From Nostoc sp. PCC 7120 = FACHB-418 (GTDB taxonomy: Bacteria > Cyanobacteriota > Cyanobacteriia > Cyanobacteriales > Nostocaceae): 32,000 bases of DNA. Made by a program: the position numbers and the translations under genes. The notes under the pieces were generated by a model that was given only the letters and a program-made list of their open reading frames with translations, was not told the DNA's origin and ran no database searches. The stretch covers positions 3,150,001-3,182,000 of the forward strand of contig NC_003272.1 of NCBI RefSeq assembly GCF_000009705.1. The letters run 5' to 3'. This document shows positions 30,901 to 32,000 of this stretch, piece by piece; the stretch's first letter is position 1, and each line of letters opens with the position of its first letter.

Positions 30901-32000
30901 ATAAATCAGATATTTTTGCATCAATATTTGTCACTATACTTTCTAAAAGCATCTGCCAATGCTCTGCTATTTGAGCAATAGTAGCAGCATCAAATAATTC
31001 CGAACTATATTCAAATTGTCCCTTGATTCCCTGGGGAGTATCTTGTAAATTTAGACGTAATTCATATTTGGCATTATCATCATTAATTGGCAACCTTTCT
31101 ACAGATAATCCTGTTAGTTGAGGTGGTTGTACTGTTGCCAGTTGTAAATCAAATTTTACCTGAAATAAAGGCATCATTTGATTGAGATGACGTTCAGGAT
31201 TCAGAACTTCTACCAACTTTTCAAAAGGTAAATGTTGATGAGCGAAAGCACCAAGCGTTACCTCACGTACTCGTTTTAATAATTCTGCTACTGTGGGATT
31301 TCCGTCTAAATTGGTACGCAATACTACAGTGTTGACTAATAAGCCAATGAGATTTTCTGTTTCCTGGCGATCGCGGTTAACAATATCTGTACCAATTAAT
31401 AAATCTTCTTCTCCTGTGTAGCGATATAGTAATACTTGAAAACTTGCCAGCAGCAGCATAAATAAGGTGACACTCTGCTTGGCAGCTAAGGTTTTCAACG
31501 CTTGTGATAAAGACGGAGAAAGAGCAACTGTATATTGTGAGCCAGAGTATGTAGATACATCTTTACGCAGAGTAGGTAACTGTAAAACAGGCAATTCACC
31601 GCCTAATTTTTGTTGCCAATAATTAATTTGTTCTTCTAAAAATGCACCTTGTAATTGTTGTCTTTGCCACAATGCCCAATCAGCATATTGAATAGGTAAT
31701 TCTGATAAGGGTGCAGCTTCTCCCCGCACATAAGCGGAATATAATAGAGAAATTTCTTTGAGAAAGACACCGACTGACCAACGGTCAGAAATAATATGAT
31801 GGGTTGTGATTAATAAAATATGTTCGTTTTCAGCTAACCGGAAGAGGCTAGTTTTGAATAAAGGTTGAGTTAAATCAAAGGGTGTTTGTGCGGCTGTTAA
31901 TGCTATTTTTTCGATTTCTTCGGTTGTGTCTATAATTTGTAAGGTGATGGGTTGCCAAGGTTCGATAATTTGAATGGGTTGATTTTCGGAGTTGGTTGGG
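24926..32000 (-). CDS. NRPS subunit 1 (5' end beyond right edge): ...C-A(Ala-like)-T-Cy-A(Cys, with embedded FMN oxidase)-T
   Basis: The track's 'M' at 31729 is an internal GTG (Val). The frame stays open to 32000 (checked codon by codon) and includes the C-domain motif THHIISDRWS (31784-31804). A1 LAYLIYTSGSTGKPKG (~30365-30410), code DLFNNALTYK. T1 FFTLGGHSL (~29215-29240). Cy: FPLTDIQQAYLIGR, FDVLIGDAWS (~28583-28612). A2 LAYVIYTSGSTGTPKG (~27125-27175), code DLYNLSLIWK (Cys). Ox insert KYRYASAGSLYPVQ. T2 FFELGGNSL (~25205-25235). C-terminal docking-like LDELSDEEVEILLQKM. Confidence 0.95.
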   Translation of the reverse strand, partial: PTNSENQPIQIIEPWQPITLQIIDTTEEIEKIALTAAQTPFDLTQPLFKTSLFRLAENEHILLITTHHIISDRWSVGVFLKEISLLYSAYVRGEAAPLSELPIQYADWALWQRQQLQGAFLEEQINYWQQKLGGELPVLQLPTLRKDVSTYSGSQYTVALSPSLSQALKTLAAKQSVTLFMLLLASFQVLLYRYTGEEDLLIGTDIVNRDRQETENLIGLLVNTVVLRTNLDGNPTVAELLKRVREVTLGAFAHQHLPFEKLVEVLNPERHLNQMMPLFQVKFDLQLATVQPPQLTGLSVERLPINDDNAKYELRLNLQDTPQGIKGQFEYSSELFDAATIAQIAEHWQMLLESIVTNIDAKISDLSLLTAQEAELLNNWNATSREYPTHECIHELFAAQVERTPDAIALIFGEEAFTYREINIKANQLAYYLQTLGVKPETPVGICLERSPEMVIGMLAILKAGGFYVPLDPAYPDERLQYILDDAKVEVMLTQRRKDAKEEKKVVDLGDWESVGEYPVTNPVTDVTPGNLAYLIYTSGSTGKPKGVMIEHRSPVCLLYWAREVFCDEAISGVLAATSICFDLSVFEIFVPLCWGGKVILAENALELPNLPAKYEVTLINTVPSAITQLLNFNAIPHSVNTVNLAGEPLTWKLVQQLQQLPHVQHIYNLYGPSEDTTYSTYIELKDITPNSPTPPIGRAIANTQVYILDKHLQPVPVGVPGELYIAGAGVARGYWQRPELTAERFINQQSTVNSQQSTVNTLYKTGDRVRYLPDGNIEYLGRLDNQVKIRGYRIELGEIDALLSQYPEIQESVVIASETSSGDKNLVAYIAPKNINIADLRHYLTDKLPGYMIPAHFMTLDALPRNPNGKIDRKALPAVENLSSELGIGYVAPRTATEQALEVIWREILLVEPIGIYDNFFTLGGHSLLGMQLVARINESLQVELPLKYLFQFPTIASLAAQIDLSPTRREALTFPPSLVGKGVRGLGFGLPKIQPQPQERYQPFPLTDIQQAYLIGRNAAFELGNIATHGYQEIETVGLSVAQVEMAMQRLIERHDMLRVIVQADGQQKVLSQVPDFKIAVTDLRGVASALQDIRQRLSHQVRPTDSYPLFEIQAILLNDNKTRFCISFDVLIGDAWSFRLLGRELVQIMENPEVELPPINLTFRDYVLTEKTLQDSAIYHRSQAYWQNRLTTLPPAPELPLTKPLSKITEPHFTRRSGTLSPTQWQKLKQQASEAGITPSGILLAAFAKILSRWSKQPNFTLNLTLFNRLPLHPEVNQIVGDFTASLLLEMKSAGCNNFLELAHRIQSQLWDDLDHRYFSGVEVLRQLARQQQRVTEALMPVVFTSTLTQDYQQPEDNRNWQGELIYSLSQTSQVYFDHQVGEVAGALVFNWDTIDELFPPGMLDEMFRTYCNFLNQLVEPDTNHIPLPPAPCPPASCLQTLFFQQVAKQPNQTAIVTTEQTLTYQQVSDRVCHLAEHLQQLSVIPNQLVAIVMDKGWEQIVAALAILTAGAAYVPIDPQLPAQRRLHLLQETQAQIILTQSWLDTTLEWADHLTRICVDLSPNLSPTRREALTSPSDSSDVEPILNSPPSLVGKGAGGLGQPTDLAYVIYTSGSTGTPKGVMIDHQGAVNTILDINQRFGVTENDRVLAVSSLSFDLSVYDIFGILAAGGTIIIPKSGNDPTHWMQLINQHQVTIWNTVPALMQLLLDTSPTQNQTLRLILLSGDWIPLTLPPRIRSQFNHPQIISLGGATEASIWSIFYPIETIDPNWKSIPYGYSLTNQQVYVLNHSLEPCPTWAIGEIYISGLGVAKGYWQNPELTAEKFIQLDMGENFPPTPLHPYTPTPLYKTGDLGRYLSDGTIEFLGREDFQVKINGYRIELGEIEAALQQHPAITQAVVTTAGNALSQQQLVAYLVLQPEVIASQNTLNSSSQLDFKLQQKGVRKFDAGVHSVALPGVKSSQVNLRRQSYRQFLAETIPLNALGEFFECLQMQHLENSPLPKYRYASAGSLYPVQTYIYIKPHRVENLAAGFYYYHPQKHQLIQLSDETNIDSSIYGINQEIFTQAAFAIFLIGDLQAISPVYGDKSRDFCLLEAGYMGQLLMETAPNQNLGLCPIGDLEFDAIREHFILHEQQIFLHGFVGGIIDPHWTTRWLSPETAQTKVTKAELITQKLRQFLQQRLPEYMIPRLYIPLETLPLTPNGKIDRRALPQPEYQFSQSEQPIIPPSTELEIALAQLWQSILNVEVSSIHNNFFELGGNSLSATQIITQMRQNLQLDLPIREFFLNPTLTAQAELLKQQWEAKQEITIEPIERINPQELLANLDELSDEEVEILLQKMQLEEDDLSHAKTQRREE
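25500..26240 (-). other. FMN-dependent oxidase (Ox) domain inserted in the A8-A9 region of the Cys A domain
   Basis: About 245 aa lie between QLVAYLVL (26243-26266) and LPEYMIP (25432-25455). They contain KYRYASAGSLYPVQTYIYI and EAGYMGQLL, as in EpoB/BlmIII-type Ox domains (from memory). Confidence 0.8.
26453..26492. repeat. Octamer array (GGGGTGTA)x4 in the A6-A7 loop of the Cys A domain
   Basis: Coding strand TACACCCC, read as PPTPLHPYTPTPLY. Confidence 0.95.
27189..27313. repeat. Double-hairpin MITE-like element (long-spacer copy) upstream of the A3 motif of the Cys A domain
   Basis: Hairpin A: cccccttccct-aca-agggaaggggg (27202-27226). Hairpin B: cctctctcc-ttgta-ggagagagg (27277-27299). 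Read as LSPNLSPTRREALTSPSDSSDVEPILNSPPSLVGKGAGGLGQ. Confidence 0.85.
27673..27713. repeat. G-rich heptamer array (GGAGGCA/GGGGGCA, ~6 units) in the Cy-A linker
   Basis: Read as IPLPPAPCPPASCLQ. Confidence 0.9.
27720..29000 (-). other. Heterocyclisation (Cy) domain
   Basis: FPLTDIQQAYLIGR, and DxxxxD (DVLIGD) in place of HHxxxDG. Borders are approximate. Confidence 0.85.
29031..29106. repeat. Double-hairpin MITE-like element in the T-Cy linker of NRPS1
   Basis: Hairpin A: 29048-29072 (11-bp perfect stem, loop aca). Hairpin B: 29084-29106 (9-bp perfect stem). Read as LSPTRREALTFPPSLVGKGVRGLGFG. Confidence 0.9.
29717..29758. repeat. STRR3 array (GTTGACT x4, GTTGATT x2) in the A6-A7 loop of NRPS1-A1
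   Basis: Read as NQQSTVNSQQSTVN. Confidence 0.95.
30496..30523. repeat. CTTTGCG-orientation copy of the CTCACGCAGAGG family upstream of the A3 motif of NRPS1-A1
   Basis: cctttgcgtctttgcgcctttgcgtgag, read as LTQRRKDAKE. Confidence 0.85.

Noticed and set aside
31727-31729. Start codon of NRPS1 as given in the track
   Set aside because: The codon is GTG in the middle of a condensation domain (…SAYVRGEAAPL…). The frame is open upstream to the window edge, so the gene is 5'-truncated by the window.
1-32000. Transposase/IS elements, tRNA, rRNA, thioesterase, MbtH-like, transporter or regulator genes
   Set aside because: No ORF or sequence in either strand supports them. The only mobile-looking DNA consists of sub-130-bp non-autonomous repeats.

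Overview
The whole 32-kb window is one co-directional, minus-strand, operon-like block of a hybrid NRPS-PKS biosynthetic gene cluster. The host looks like a filamentous (Nostocales-type) cyanobacterium: the DNA is AT-rich, has at least 19 HIP1 GCGATCGC sites, and carries STRR heptamer arrays. In transcription order (right to left) the genes are: NRPS1 (5' end off-window; C-A[Ala-like]-T-Cy-A[Cys]/Ox-T, a thiazole-forming module); NRPS2 (C-A[Gly]-T-C-A[Ala-like]-T-E); NRPS3 (DCL-A[Ser]-T); NRPS4 (TubC-type docking-C-A[unassigned]-T); a carrier-less fusion of a CmlA-like di-iron MBL hydroxylase, an internal docking domain and a thioester reductase; a SAM methyltransferase; a stand-alone AMT-type class-III aminotransferase; two overlapping orphan ORFs (149 and 191 aa); and a type I PKS (KS-AT-start of KR). 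The PKS is missing from the supplied ORF track because it runs off the left edge. I can support no tRNA/rRNA, CRISPR, transposase or genuine plus-strand genes. Three things stand out. (i) The hydroxylase-docking-reductase fusion sits next to an aminotransferase and a methyltransferase. (ii) The coding sequence is heavily colonised by several repeat families (STRR-type heptamers, an octamer, a double-hairpin MITE-like element, a CTCACGCAGAGG-type family), all read in frame and concentrated at the same surface loops of the adenylation domains. (iii) I cannot assign the orphan ORF pair to any family. All family assignments rest on motifs read by eye; no database or HMM search was possible.
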